From an uncultured Lentisphaerales bacterium (GTDB taxonomy: Bacteria > Verrucomicrobiota > Lentisphaeria > JABSQK01 > UBA12247): 64,000 bases of DNA. Below the pieces are notes generated by a model, which did no database searches, was not told the DNA's origin, and saw only the letters and a list, made by a program, of their open reading frames with translations. The position numbers were made by a program, and so were the translations under genes. Of the stretch, positions 1-9,863 are shown one piece after another. Location: positions 11,845 through 75,844 of the forward strand of contig CALSSJ010000044.1 of NCBI GenBank assembly GCA_943788985.1, read 5' to 3'. Each line of letters opens with the position of its first letter. Position 1 is the stretch's first letter.

Positions 1-372
1 GCGCCCATGGTCCAAATTGGAACCGTCACTGACCCAGATCAAATGGTGGCGGACCTTCTCCGCCGCGAATCCGAGGTGACCACGGTCATCGATAACGGAA
101 TCGCCTTTCCCCATGCTCGGTCTAACGCCGTGCGCGCACTATCCCTAACTGTTGGGATTGCAGTAGAAGGCGGGGTTTCCTTTGCCAGCGCTGCTAACTT
201 GAAGACTCCGCTATTCTTTTGTCTGGCGATTCCCGCATTTGCCCCGACTGCGCACATGCGCTTGCTGCAGTCTCTGGCTCTGTTCTCACGCGAAATGAAT
301 CGGGTAGAGCGTTTATTGCAGTCTGCAACCCCAGCGGCCGCTGCTCGCTATTTAGGTAACTTCAAAGGCTAA
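1..372 (+). CDS. PTS EIIA type-2 (PtsN / EIIA-Ntr-like) domain protein; 5' end lies outside the window
   Basis: The frame of ORF 7..372 is open back to base 1. It has the His-loop motif NGIAFPHARS and a C-terminal FFCLAIP...HMRLL region typical of the PTS_EIIA_2 fold. The His lies only 35 residues into the ORF, so the N-terminus is missing. Confidence 0.7.
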   Translation, partial: APMVQIGTVTDPDQMVADLLRRESEVTTVIDNGIAFPHARSNAVRALSLTVGIAVEGGVSFASAANLKTPLFFCLAIPAFAPTAHMRLLQSLALFSREMNRVERLLQSATPAAAARYLGNFKG

Positions 373-870
373 ACGCCCCCCGTTTCCCCTAGCAGCAGGG
401 GCCAGGCCCACCAAATCCATCTCGGGTTTGAGTTGGCCTGCGTAACGAGTAGCGGTTCAGGGCCTCCAGGCGCGCGTTCAGATCCTTAGCGGATTCCAAC
501 CAGCGTTCTACCCTCTGACGCATTCCCACGGGACCTCGTCCGGTACGCGTCAAAAGGTCGGCATAGCGCGGGATTGCAATCCCCACGCTGACGAACTCAC
601 GAGGAATCGTGTCGTACCTGCCCCATAGGTCGCAGCCGTATGCCTCCTTTGGGCACCTGCGTTGGCGGGCTCCTACTAGCCAGATCAGCGAGACGCGCGC
701 GCCACGCATCCCCACTCACCTAAACTGTTTTCTTCGCGCGGTTACGACAAAACCGGAGTCGTTCCTCTTCTGTCATAGCCTGTTGTAAGAGTGTAGTTGA
801 TTCCAGTTCCATAGCCTGCGCGTACCGGTAGATTCACCTCGACAAATGGCAGACCACCAGACCGGATTGC

Positions 871-2706
871 ATGGCGAAGATAAGAAAGAAGAAGGCGGCA
901 GAACAGACTGCAACTGGAGAGAGGCGCTTTGGCCGCTTCGTCATATTCGGCATCATGTTCACGGTCTGCATCGTCTACGCCCAAACTGCGAGCTTCGAGT
1001 TTACGGACTGGGATGACAATAAGCTCATTGTCGACAATGCCGGGATCCGGTCACTGTCTGCAGAGAGCCTGCGTACAATGTTCACACTGGAGTCTGGCCG
1101 CACGTTTCAACCGATCCGTGAACTCAGCTATGCCATCGACTACGCCTTGTGGGAGCTGAAACCCGGCCCCTATCACCTCGTAAACGCGCTCCTGCACGCG
1201 ATCGCGGCGGTCTTGCTGTTCGTCTGGCTCCGAGTATTACTCCGCGGGTTTCGCCCGCAATGGGAGCCACGCCAGATCGGAATCGCGGCGGCGATCGCCG
1301 CACTGCTTTTCGCAGCCCATCCGGTGAATATCGAAGCAGTCGCCTGGGCATCGTCGCGCAAATATGGTCTACTGGCGGTTTTCTCGCTGCTGGCGGCAAT
1401 CTGTCACCAGCAGAGCATCACGGCGACTGGTGTCCAACGCGCAGGCCTGATCGCAGGAACACTGCTGTGCATGCTCCTGGCAATGTGGTCGAGCCCCGTA
1501 GGCGTGGTCGTGCCCACACTACTGATCGGCACCGACCTCTGTGCAGCGGGCATCCAGCGCGCTCGCAAACTCCGGGCACAGTACGCAGGCTATCTGGCGC
1601 TGAATGTGATCATCACTCTTTCCCTGTTTCGAGTCTTGACCAGCGGGCAAGGTAAAACCGCGCGCGATCACTCCGATGGCACCCTGACGGGGACTCTAGT
1701 CACAGACTTTCAAGTTTTCTTCGACTACCTCTGCAATCTGCTGCTGCCGCTTTGGCTGAACAATCGCTACTTCCATGAGCTGTCTCAGAGCCTCAGCAGC
1801 CCCAAGGTGCTGCTGGGAATGCTGTCAGGCGCAATTTTGGTCGCGGCAGCCGTTTGGCGAGCCAGACACCAAGACTGGTTCGCGGCTTGGTGCCTGGGCT
1901 GGTTTGTGGTCGCCTGGGCCCCGGTGGCGAACTTGGTCCCAATCTCGACCATCATGGCAGATCGCTACCTTTACCTGCCTGCGATGGGGGTTTTTGCCAT
2001 CGCAGGCGCGGGCGGCTCCGCCCTGATCACACGCTACGGAAAAGGCGCAATGGTCGCGATCGGCTGCGTGCTGCTGGCGTATGCTGCAGGCGGGTACCAG
2101 CGATGTGGAGTATGGAAGAACAGTGCAACCCTCTGGACCGATTCTCTAGCAAAGGATTCTCGCAGCGCCCTGCCCTACAACTCGCTGGGCACTCTCGCCC
2201 AAGATGCCGGACGCTTCGGCGAAGCGGAAGCCTTCTACCAGCAAGCGATCGACCGGGATCCAAATTCGGCTGTCGCGCACTATAATCTCTCGCGAATCCT
2301 GACACTCCAGAGCCGCGAGCATGAACGCGCAATTCGCCACATCGACCTAGCGATTCAGGCCGATCCACTGTTTGCCAATGCCCACAACAACCGCGGAGTT
2401 CTGACCAAGGACCTTACGTCCTTTCAAGAAGCTGTCCGCTTGGCCCCTGACAATGCCGACGCCCGCAAGAACCTCGGCAACTGCTATCTAGAACGCAAGC
2501 AGTTCGACCTTGCTCGGCCACAGTACGAAAAGGCGCTACGACTCATCCCTCACGACCCGTCACTGCACCTGTACCTCGGGCTTATTGCCCAGCAAGCCGG
2601 CGACTTGGCCGCCGCCGCGTCACGTTACGAGCAAGCACTGCTGCTGGACCCGACGCTGAGCGCGGCCCAGTCCCGCCTCACCCAGATCCGCGCCAGCCAG
2701 AACTGA
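871..2706 (+). CDS. Polytopic membrane protein with C-terminal TPR repeats (TMTC / PMT_2-like glycosyltransferase architecture)
   Basis: 611-aa ORF. About 400 aa of hydrophobic helices include AAHPVNIEAVAWASSRKYGLL, a motif seen in bacterial TMTC-like proteins. At least 5 TPR-like repeats follow (AxxYNLxxI, AHNNRGV, NLGNCYL, HLYLGLI). Confidence 0.75.
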   Translation: MAKIRKKKAAEQTATGERRFGRFVIFGIMFTVCIVYAQTASFEFTDWDDNKLIVDNAGIRSLSAESLRTMFTLESGRTFQPIRELSYAIDYALWELKPGPYHLVNALLHAIAAVLLFVWLRVLLRGFRPQWEPRQIGIAAAIAALLFAAHPVNIEAVAWASSRKYGLLAVFSLLAAICHQQSITATGVQRAGLIAGTLLCMLLAMWSSPVGVVVPTLLIGTDLCAAGIQRARKLRAQYAGYLALNVIITLSLFRVLTSGQGKTARDHSDGTLTGTLVTDFQVFFDYLCNLLLPLWLNNRYFHELSQSLSSPKVLLGMLSGAILVAAAVWRARHQDWFAAWCLGWFVVAWAPVANLVPISTIMADRYLYLPAMGVFAIAGAGGSALITRYGKGAMVAIGCVLLAYAAGGYQRCGVWKNSATLWTDSLAKDSRSALPYNSLGTLAQDAGRFGEAEAFYQQAIDRDPNSAVAHYNLSRILTLQSREHERAIRHIDLAIQADPLFANAHNNRGVLTKDLTSFQEAVRLAPDNADARKNLGNCYLERKQFDLARPQYEKALRLIPHDPSLHLYLGLIAQQAGDLAAAASRYEQALLLDPTLSAAQSRLTQIRASQN

Positions 2707-2810
2707 CAACCAAAACAACCCGCAGATTATTTCCCGCCAGCACTGTTACCGCAGGCGCAACGATCTACCTATACGAGATTCATTCTGTTCACCTCACCGA
2801 TGGAATCGAC

Positions 2811-3893
2811 ATGAGCCAGGTTTATAATTTCAGCGCAGGCCCCGCCACGCTGCCGGCTGCGGTAATGCAGAAGGCTGCCGAAGAATTCACCGACTACCAG
2901 GGCCTCGGCTACGGTATCCTCGAAGCCAGCCACCGCAGCAAAGAGTTCACGGCTGTCATCGATGGTGCGGAGTCCGCAATTCGCGAACTGTTGAGCATTC
3001 CCGAAGACTATTCCGTTCTGTTTCTGCAGGGCGGCGCGAGCACCCAGTTTGCCATGATCCCAATGAACTTGCTGGGCGAAGGGCAGACTGCGGACTACGT
3101 GGACACCGGTTCCTGGAGCCAGAAGGCAGCTAAGGAAGGCAAGCTACAGGGAAAAGCCAATGTCGTCGCGAGCAGCGGGCCGAACTACACGTCAATCCCC
3201 GATGCCGACAGCTGGAACTGCACGCCCGACGCTGCCTACCTGCATATCACCAGTAACAATACCATCTACGGCACCCAGTTTGCCAGCTTCCCGACCGCGC
3301 CGGCTGGCGTCCCGCTCATCGCTGATATGTCCAGTGATATCTTGTCGCGCGATTTCGACGTCTCGAACTTTGGATTGATCTATGGTGGTGCCCAGAAAAA
3401 TCTTGGCCCTTCGGGGGTGACGCTGGTGATCGCCAGGACAGACCTCATCAGCAGGGGCCCAGCAAATGTTCCCACGATGTTGCGGTATGACACCCATGTC
3501 GATAAGGCGTCGCTGTACAACACACCACCCACCTTCGCGATCTATATGGTCGGGCTAGTTGCACAGTGGGTTCAGAGCAGAGGCGGCCTGGCAGGCATCG
3601 AGGCGACCAACGCTGAAAAGGCTGCACTGATCTACGACTGCATTGACGCAGACGACTTTTACCAAGGCCCGGCTGCCAAGGCCGACCGCTCCAAGATGAA
3701 CGTCTGCTTCACGATCGGTGATGCCGAACGCGAGGGCACCTTCGTCAAGCAAGCTAGCGCGATCGGCTTGGTAGGGCTGAAAGGGCATCGCTCCGTGGGC
3801 GGCATGCGGGCAAGCATCTACAACGCGATGCCGATCGAAGGCGTCCGCAATCTGGTGGCGTTCATGCAAGAATTCCGCGCTCAGCACGGCTGA
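2811..3893 (+). CDS. serC: Phosphoserine aminotransferase
   Basis: 360-aa ORF starting MSQVYNFSAGPATLP, with full-length resemblance to SerC (YNTPPTF, GHRSVGGMRASIYNAMP). Confidence 0.95.
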   Translation: MSQVYNFSAGPATLPAAVMQKAAEEFTDYQGLGYGILEASHRSKEFTAVIDGAESAIRELLSIPEDYSVLFLQGGASTQFAMIPMNLLGEGQTADYVDTGSWSQKAAKEGKLQGKANVVASSGPNYTSIPDADSWNCTPDAAYLHITSNNTIYGTQFASFPTAPAGVPLIADMSSDILSRDFDVSNFGLIYGGAQKNLGPSGVTLVIARTDLISRGPANVPTMLRYDTHVDKASLYNTPPTFAIYMVGLVAQWVQSRGGLAGIEATNAEKAALIYDCIDADDFYQGPAAKADRSKMNVCFTIGDAEREGTFVKQASAIGLVGLKGHRSVGGMRASIYNAMPIEGVRNLVAFMQEFRAQHG

Positions 3894-4745
3894 TGGGCAA
3901 GATAGTGCAGACACTTACCCAGACTAGCACCGTCACGTCCTTCGGCGGGCAGCAGGCCGTTTACAGGCACACATCCGCGGCCTTGAACTGCGAGATGAAC
4001 GTAGGGGTCTATCTCCCCCCGCAGGCAGCCACCGGCCCCTGCCCCGTCCTGTATTGGCTCAGCGGGCTCACCTGCACCGAACAGAACTTTGTGACCAAGG
4101 CAGGCGCACAGCAGTACGCCGCCGAGCACGGGATCATCGTCGTGGCCCCCGGACACCAGCCCGCGCGGCGATGATGTCCCGGACGACGACGGCTATGACC
4201 TTGGCTGTGGCGCTGGTTTCTATCTGAACGCCACCCGTGCCCCTTGGAGCAAGCACTACCACATGTACGACTATGTGGTCAGTGAACTGCCAGCCTTGAT
4301 CGACGCGACCTTCCAAACGACGGGAAAAGCCGGCATTTTTGGCCATTCGATGGGAGGCCACGGTGCGCTCACTATTGCGCTCAAGAATCCCGGCAAGTAC
4401 GTGTCGGTTTCTGCGTTTTCCCCAATCGTGGCTCCCGCCAGCGTGCCATGGGGGCACAAAGCGTTTTCCGCGTACCTCGGAGACGATCAGTCCCAATGGC
4501 AAGCACACGACGCCTGCGCGCTGGTCGCGTCAGCCAGCGAGAAGCTGCCTCTGCTGATTGATCAGGGCGACGGTGACTGCTTCCTTGAGGAGCAATTGCA
4601 GCCCGCACGGCTCGAACAGGCTTGCGCCGCAGCTGGCCATCCGCTGACTCTGCGCCTGCAGCCGGGCTACGATCACAGCTACTACTTCATCAGCACATTT
4701 ATCGGCGACCACTTCGCCCACCACGCGGCGGCGCTGAAGGACTGA
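3893..4745 (+). pseudogene. frmB: S-formylglutathione hydrolase (esterase D family), split by a 1-nt frameshift near 4146-4152
   Basis: ORFs 3893..4174 and 4263..4745 together match the family (VYLPP...PVLYWLSGLTCTEQNF; [10 protein letters not shown]; [13 protein letters not shown]; GYDHSYYFI). Reading ...VAP then skipping one base at the CCCCCGG run restores [28 protein letters not shown]. Confidence 0.8.
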
Positions 4746-4765
4746 CAGTGGCCCGCATTCGGCGC

Positions 4766-5395
4766 ATGACCAAAGCCCAGATCGCAGAGTGCTTTGCGAT
4801 CTTCGCAAAGACCATCGAGCCCAAATCTGAGCTGAAGTGGGAATCGCCGTTGGACCTGGTCATCGCCGTTCTGCTGTCTGCCCAAGCCACGGATATCGGC
4901 GTAAACAAGGCGACGCGACCATTATTCGCACGCTGTCGCAGCTGTGAGGACTATCTGGAGCTGGGCGAGGAAGGCGTACGCGAGGCGATCAAGACCATCG
5001 GCCTGTTCCGCAACAAGGCCAAGCACGTGATCGGGCTTTGCCACTTGCTCCTGAATGAACATGGCGGCGAAGTCCCTTCGGACCGCGAGGCGCTCGAGCG
5101 CCTCCCCGGCGTAGGTCGCAAGACCGCTAACGTGGTGCTGAACGTGTGCTTCAACCAAGCCACTCTCGCTGTCGACACGCACATCTTCCGGGTCGCCAAC
5201 CGCATGGGTTTCTGCGACGAAAAAACACCGCTGGCGACAGAACAGGCGCTGCTCAAGAAGATCCCCCCGGAGCATCTCAAGCCCGCGCATCATTATCTCA
5301 TTCTGCACGGGCGCTATACCTGCAAAGCGCGTAAGCCTATTTGCAGCGCCTGCACCGTGCGGGCCTGCTGCAATTACACAGACAAGATAGACTAA
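4766..5395 (+). CDS. nth: Endonuclease III
   Basis: Shows LLSAQATD, LPGVGRKTANVVL (HhH-GPD) and the C-terminal 4Fe-4S Cys cluster CKARKPICSACTVRACC. I chose the ATG at 4766 (GTG 4748 is possible). The upstream part of ORF 4622.. overlaps frmB and looks non-coding. Confidence 0.9.
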   Translation: MTKAQIAECFAIFAKTIEPKSELKWESPLDLVIAVLLSAQATDIGVNKATRPLFARCRSCEDYLELGEEGVREAIKTIGLFRNKAKHVIGLCHLLLNEHGGEVPSDREALERLPGVGRKTANVVLNVCFNQATLAVDTHIFRVANRMGFCDEKTPLATEQALLKKIPPEHLKPAHHYLILHGRYTCKARKPICSACTVRACCNYTDKID

Positions 5396-5832
5396 TGTTT
5401 GCCCGGGTCGCTCGCGTCGCGACGGTACTTGCAGTGCTCGCGGCATACTTGCTCGCCTACCTTCCTGTAGTTTCGCCCACGTTCATCGCAGATTGCTTCC
5501 TCGCGCAAGCCCCCTCGAACGGCCGCTTTCTCTGCCAAGACCATAATTGCGGCTGTAAATCCGCGGTAGATTGCGCAACAAACTGCTGCTGCTTCCCCAA
5601 AGACTCTCGGCGGCGCACAGAATCCGCTCCCGCGCTTGCTGCTGGCAAATGTCACAGCGACGCCCCGGCCGGATCAGTCACAGCCGCCAATCCTATCAAA
5701 CACGTTCCCAGCGCTGACAGCCCCTCATGGTTTGCGGAGTCCGCAACCCGGGGCCCCGTGCTGGCCTTCACCGCGGCATATTCCCCGCCAGATCCTGAGC
5801 ACACCAGCCCGGTCCCCATTCACGAGTCCTGA
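5395..5832 (+). CDS. Small membrane-anchored Cys-rich protein (hypothetical)
   Basis: The ATG at 5395 overlaps the nth stop (TAATG). N-terminal hydrophobic anchor VATVLAVLAAYLLAYL, then 8 Cys in 22 aa (CQDHNCGCKSAVDCATNCCCFP). I recognise no family. Confidence 0.45.
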   Translation: MFARVARVATVLAVLAAYLLAYLPVVSPTFIADCFLAQAPSNGRFLCQDHNCGCKSAVDCATNCCCFPKDSRRRTESAPALAAGKCHSDAPAGSVTAANPIKHVPSADSPSWFAESATRGPVLAFTAAYSPPDPEHTSPVPIHES

Positions 5833-5980
5833 GAACTCTTGTAGGCAGGAGATTGAGGAAAATGGCAGCCTCCCATAGCGCCAGCGTCTTCTCCGCCCGC
5901 CTGCATATCCTCGTGCATCAGCACGCCACCTCCCTGGTCCCCGGCTTTCCGGGACCGCATCCTCTCTCAGGTAATTTCAT

Positions 5981-6976
5981 ATGAGTTATTCACCGTTTTT
6001 GCGTGCCGTCGGCACGCTCCTTCTATCCACGATCTGCCTCGCTGGCAGTCGCCCGGACGCTCACGCCCCAATTGGCGTCATGGGCGACCATCTTCACGCA
6101 CGCAATCAGATCATGGTGTCCTACCGCATGATGCACATGGACATGCCCGGGCAACGGCAGGGCAGCCAAGAACTCAGTGCGCACGAGGTCCACGCTCTCG
6201 GCCATGACGCGGCCGCCACGAACATGAGCATGAACATGCACATGATGGGTGCCATGTACGCCCCGACCAAATCAGTCACACTCATGCTCATGGGCATGTG
6301 GCTTGAAAAGGACATGACCTTGCAGTCCAGCCCGCATGGCATGCACGGCCATGGCACCCACGGGCACTCCAGTTCCGGCTGGGGCGACACTTCCCTGACT
6401 GCCTTGATCGGTCTCCATCAGGATGACACCCACCGCGTTCACCTTGGCCTGGGAGTCAGCCTCCCAACCGGGGCTGCGGACGTCCGCCAGGCAGGGACAT
6501 TTCTGCCTTACGGTATGCAACTGGGCTCCGGAACCTGGGACTTTCTGCCAAGTGTCACCTACACCGGGATCGCGGATACCTGGTCTTGGGGTGCCCAGAT
6601 AAGCGGGAAGATTCGCGAGCATGCGCGCAATGACAGCGGCTTCACCCTGGGAAATGCTGTCAGCACCACCTGCTGGGCTGCACGCCCTCTTTCTGAGAGC
6701 ATCAGCGCATCCGCCCGGTTGGTTCACCACAGCGAGGGCGCGATCGCAGGCCATTTCAACGACACCCATGGCCACGCGGCACCGCCGCATTTCCCGCGCA
6801 ACTACGGCGGACAGCGGCTGGAATGCGCGGCCGGTCTCAACCTGTCACCGCCTACAGGGCCCTTGGCTGGGCATCGCATTGCGCTGGAAGTCCACGTTCC
6901 GGTCTACCAAGACATGAACGGTATCGGCATGGATACCGGCATCACCTTCATGGCTGGTTGGCAGAAGAAAATCTAA
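5981..6976 (+). CDS. Met/His-rich outer-membrane beta-barrel-like protein (uncharacterised 'transporter' / MetA-pathway-like family)
   Basis: Signal peptide, then HAPIGVMGDHLH...MVSYRMMHMDMPG, typical of this family. Met/His tracts MSMNMHMMGAMY, MLMGMW and HGMHGHGTHGH. Alternating beta-strand-like C-terminal half ending in an aromatic-rich tail. Confidence 0.6.
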   Translation: MSYSPFLRAVGTLLLSTICLAGSRPDAHAPIGVMGDHLHARNQIMVSYRMMHMDMPGQRQGSQELSAHEVHALGHDAAATNMSMNMHMMGAMYAPTKSVTLMLMGMWLEKDMTLQSSPHGMHGHGTHGHSSSGWGDTSLTALIGLHQDDTHRVHLGLGVSLPTGAADVRQAGTFLPYGMQLGSGTWDFLPSVTYTGIADTWSWGAQISGKIREHARNDSGFTLGNAVSTTCWAARPLSESISASARLVHHSEGAIAGHFNDTHGHAAPPHFPRNYGGQRLECAAGLNLSPPTGPLAGHRIALEVHVPVYQDMNGIGMDTGITFMAGWQKKI

Positions 6977-7043
6977 CCTCACAATGCTATCGATGGCTGT
7001 TCGCGTGACGTCCGCAATAGCGGTTCCCGCCTGCAGCCGCCGA

Positions 7044-7805
7044 CTACTCTGCGTCGCTCAACTCCATGCTCACCGGGCAATGATCGGAACCCATGATATC
7101 CGCCAGAATCTCACAGGATTCCAGGCGCGGGCGCAACGCTTCTGAGAGGCAGAAATAGTCGAGCCGCCAGCCCACGTTGCGCTCACGAGCGCCGCCCCAC
7201 TGCGCCCACCAGGTATAGTGGCCGTTTCCTTCGTGAAACTCCCGGAAGGCATCCACAAAACCTGCCTCAATAATCCGGTCGACCCCAGCTCGTTCTTGTG
7301 GCGTAAAACCGTGCTTTTTCTGATTTGCCTTGGGATTGGACAAATCCAGCTCCGTGTGGGCCACATTCAGGTCGCCACAGAAGATTACCGGCTTGGTTTT
7401 CTCCAATTCGCAGCAGTACTTCAGAAATGCCACATCCCACTCCTCGGTGCGATAGGGCAAGCGGGACAAGTCCCGTTTCGCATTCGGCGTATAGACCGAG
7501 ATCAGGTAGAAATCCGTCAGCTCGATCGTCGTCACGCGGCCTTCGGTATCGTGCTCTGCAATTCCGATCCCACGGCGCGTGGATAGCGGCTCTGCGCGGC
7601 TGAGAACCAGAGTGCCCGAATAGCCCTTCTTTTCCGCCCAATCCCAGACTGCGTGGTACCCTGGCAACTCCAGCTCCACGTCCACAGGGCGTGCCTTCGT
7701 TTCCTGGATGCAGATAAAGTCGGCGTCTTGCTCAGCGACGAAGTCGCGAAAGCCTTTTCGAATCGCCGCGCGAATGCCATTGACATTCCAGCTGAGAAAC
7801 TTCAC
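7044..7805 (-). CDS. xthA: Exodeoxyribonuclease III
   Basis: 253-aa ORF starting [13 protein letters not shown], with CIQETK, GDLNVAH and SDHCPV motifs of the EEP nuclease family. Confidence 0.93.
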   Translation of the reverse strand: MKFLSWNVNGIRAAIRKGFRDFVAEQDADFICIQETKARPVDVELELPGYHAVWDWAEKKGYSGTLVLSRAEPLSTRRGIGIAEHDTEGRVTTIELTDFYLISVYTPNAKRDLSRLPYRTEEWDVAFLKYCCELEKTKPVIFCGDLNVAHTELDLSNPKANQKKHGFTPQERAGVDRIIEAGFVDAFREFHEGNGHYTWWAQWGGARERNVGWRLDYFCLSEALRPRLESCEILADIMGSDHCPVSMELSDAE

Positions 7806-8314
7806 CCTGCGGTGGTGTCTCCGTAAAGACCTACACGCAGGTCCTTGGCGGTGTAAATGGTCTCGCCGTCTACTTTGACAATGCCGTCTGCAATGCCCAT
7901 CGTCAGCTTACGATTGATGATCCGACGAATGTGGATCTCATAGGAGACAACTTTTGCATCGGGGAGAACTTCGCCACGGAAGCGTACGCCTTCCACTCCC
8001 AACGCGCGGCCCTTCCCCTTGTAGCCCTTCCAGGCAAGAAAAAAGCCGACCAATTGCCACAGTGCATCCAGTCCTAGACTGCCAGGCATCACCGGATCCC
8101 CGCGAAAGTGACACTCGAAGAACCACAAGTCAGGGGTGATATCAAGTTCCGCGGTCAAAAGACCTTTGTCGTAGTTACCACCTTCAGAAGCGACATGGGT
8201 GATGCGATCGACCATCAGCATGTGCCCTGCCGGGAGTTTCCCGTAGTCCGGACCGAATAGACGCCCCTCGCTACATTCGGATACGTCTGCGCGAGAATAG
8301 GAATTGGATGACAT
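7802..8314 (-). CDS. fabA: 3-hydroxydecanoyl-ACP dehydratase/isomerase
   Basis: 170-aa ORF with [24 protein letters not shown] (FabA active-site region). It overlaps the xthA start by 4 nt. Confidence 0.9.
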   Translation of the reverse strand: MSSNSYSRADVSECSEGRLFGPDYGKLPAGHMLMVDRITHVASEGGNYDKGLLTAELDITPDLWFFECHFRGDPVMPGSLGLDALWQLVGFFLAWKGYKGKGRALGVEGVRFRGEVLPDAKVVSYEIHIRRIINRKLTMGIADGIVKVDGETIYTAKDLRVGLYGDTTAG

Positions 8315-8334
8315 GGACGCCCTTTTTAAGAAAT

Positions 8335-8409
8335 TGGCTCCGACATCTGGATTCGAACCAGAGACCTAGTGGTTAACAGCCACCCGCTCTACCGCTGAGC
8401 TATGTCGGA
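8335..8409 (-). tRNA. tRNA-Asn (anticodon GTT), CCA encoded
   Basis: The reverse complement folds as a cloverleaf: acceptor TCCGACA/TGTCGGA, D arm GCTC..GAGC, anticodon loop CTGTTAA, T arm TCTGG-TTCGAAT-CCAGA, and 3' GCCA. Confidence 0.9.
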
Positions 8410-8507
8410 ACCTGAACTCGTCTTGCGGCCGAGAGCCCGAACGATAGCATCGCATCCGGCTCTGTCACATGACATTTTAAAACTTTGTTTCATCCGCCCA
8501 ATATGGG

Positions 8508-8584
8508 TGGTCGGGGTGAGAGGATTTGAACCTCCGACTTCTACGTCCCGAACGTAGCGCTCTGCCAGGCTGAGCTACACCCCG
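8508..8584 (-). tRNA. tRNA-Pro (anticodon CGG), CCA encoded
   Basis: Reverse complement: acceptor CGGGGTG/CACCCCG, anticodon stem CTACG/CGTAG with loop TTCGGGA, T arm GGAGG-TTCAAAT-CCTCT, and 3' ACCA. Confidence 0.9.
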
Positions 8585-8625
8585 AGCTTGGCAAGGGCGG
8601 TACGCTACGCGCGTAGTTCGACATT

Positions 8626-9789
8626 TCAAGGTGCAATCAGCGCTGTTCGTTGCTGAATGCAGTGGAGATGATCAAACCTTGCTTCCACTAAGGCCCTGGC
8701 CGCGAGCGCGCGCTGCCGAACTTCTTTCGCATCCTGAAGGATTTTCTCGATCGTCGCCACATATCCAGACGCGGTCCCGTCCACCGGCCAACCAGTCCGC
8801 TCGCTCAAAATCTGGCCGACTCCCCCGCAGATCGTGCCGACAACTGGCAGCCCAGACGCCATGGCCTCGACCACGATGTTGGGAATACCCTCGGCATCAC
8901 CGTTGCGGAGTTCGCAACTCGTGAGCAGTAACGCGCAACTGCGCTGGAGTTTACGCCGGATCTGATCCTGAGGCAGCACCCCGGGAAGCTCCAGCCACTC
9001 CCGCTTATCCGGCATCAGCGCCCCGGCCCCAGCCATACAGAGCGTAAAATCCACGCCGGTCTCCCGTAACGCGGCAACCGCCTCAACCGCCAACCATGGC
9101 TGCTTTTTCTCGACGAACCGTCCAGCCCAGAACAACCGCCTCGGAGCCGCGTCGAGGTCTGCCATGGGCCAAGCGTCCAGCGCCAATCCGTGCGGAATCA
9201 CGTGAAGCCGCGGGTGAGAGAGACTGGCCGCAACATGCTCATTGCAGGCCAGAACCACGGTGGCCGTATCGTACAGCGACGGAGGATACGGGCTAGTGAG
9301 CACATCTGCAGCATGCACACTCACCGACCAACTCAGCCCGGCGGCGTCGGCTGCGAAGTGCGCAAGCACAGCCGGCAATCCACCAAATGCGGCGTGGATG
9401 TGGCTCACGCCGCGCTCAGTTGCGAACTCCGCAAGTTTTTGAATCAGCGTGCCATGCCTGCGACGCGCTAGGGGAAGCCGCAGACTACCAGGCACAAGTC
9501 CGGCCCGTGAGCTCTGCGTGCCTGCTGTGGGCGGTCGGTCGTCCAAGTAATTGCACGCACCGGACGCAGGGGCGCCCTGCCGGATTGCTACCAGTTCCAA
9601 CGGCATTAAGGCACGCAGCGACTCTACTTCCTGGGCGATGAACGTCTCGCTCCAGGCGGGCCAAGTCCCTGTCAGATATGCAATTTTGCTCAGAATGCCC
9701 CAGCATACGATGTGATCGTGCCTCCGCTCCCTGCTACCGTACTGAGGCGCATCCCCGAATGCAATCCGCAGCGAACGACTGTCCGTCAC
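8626..9789 (-). CDS. Glycosyltransferase, GT4 (GT-B fold) family
   Basis: The C-terminal half has the GT4 signature region (WAGRFVEKKQP..., EGIPNIVVEAMASGLPVV). The exact start is uncertain. Confidence 0.75.
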   Translation of the reverse strand: MTDSRSLRIAFGDAPQYGSRERRHDHIVCWGILSKIAYLTGTWPAWSETFIAQEVESLRALMPLELVAIRQGAPASGACNYLDDRPPTAGTQSSRAGLVPGSLRLPLARRRHGTLIQKLAEFATERGVSHIHAAFGGLPAVLAHFAADAAGLSWSVSVHAADVLTSPYPPSLYDTATVVLACNEHVAASLSHPRLHVIPHGLALDAWPMADLDAAPRRLFWAGRFVEKKQPWLAVEAVAALRETGVDFTLCMAGAGALMPDKREWLELPGVLPQDQIRRKLQRSCALLLTSCELRNGDAEGIPNIVVEAMASGLPVVGTICGGVGQILSERTGWPVDGTASGYVATIEKILQDAKEVRQRALAARALVEARFDHLHCIQQRTALIAP

Positions 9790-9863
9790 TCAAAAGGGTG
9801 GTAGCGGTATGCACTGTTGTTCCGGATCTATCCGGAGCGAGGTGAATGCCCTGGAGGATCTAA

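Noticed and set aside
389-715. 108-aa minus-strand ORF in the gap between the PtsN-like gene and the TPR membrane protein.
   Set aside because: I recognise no motif, and no RBS or start is evident. It could be real, since it is the only long ORF in a 500-nt gap, but I cannot support a call.
4622-4765. Upstream extension of nth (ORF starts at 4622).
   Set aside because: The extension overlaps the 3' end of the frmB coding sequence in another frame and is Arg/Pro-rich. The conserved Nth sequence begins right after the ATG at 4766.
8315-8625. Possibility of a genomic island integrated at the tRNA-Asn / tRNA-Pro pair.
   Set aside because: There is no integrase, no direct repeat of a tRNA 3' end and no compositional break that I can see. 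The flanking genes (fabA, GT4, lnt) look like core genes.
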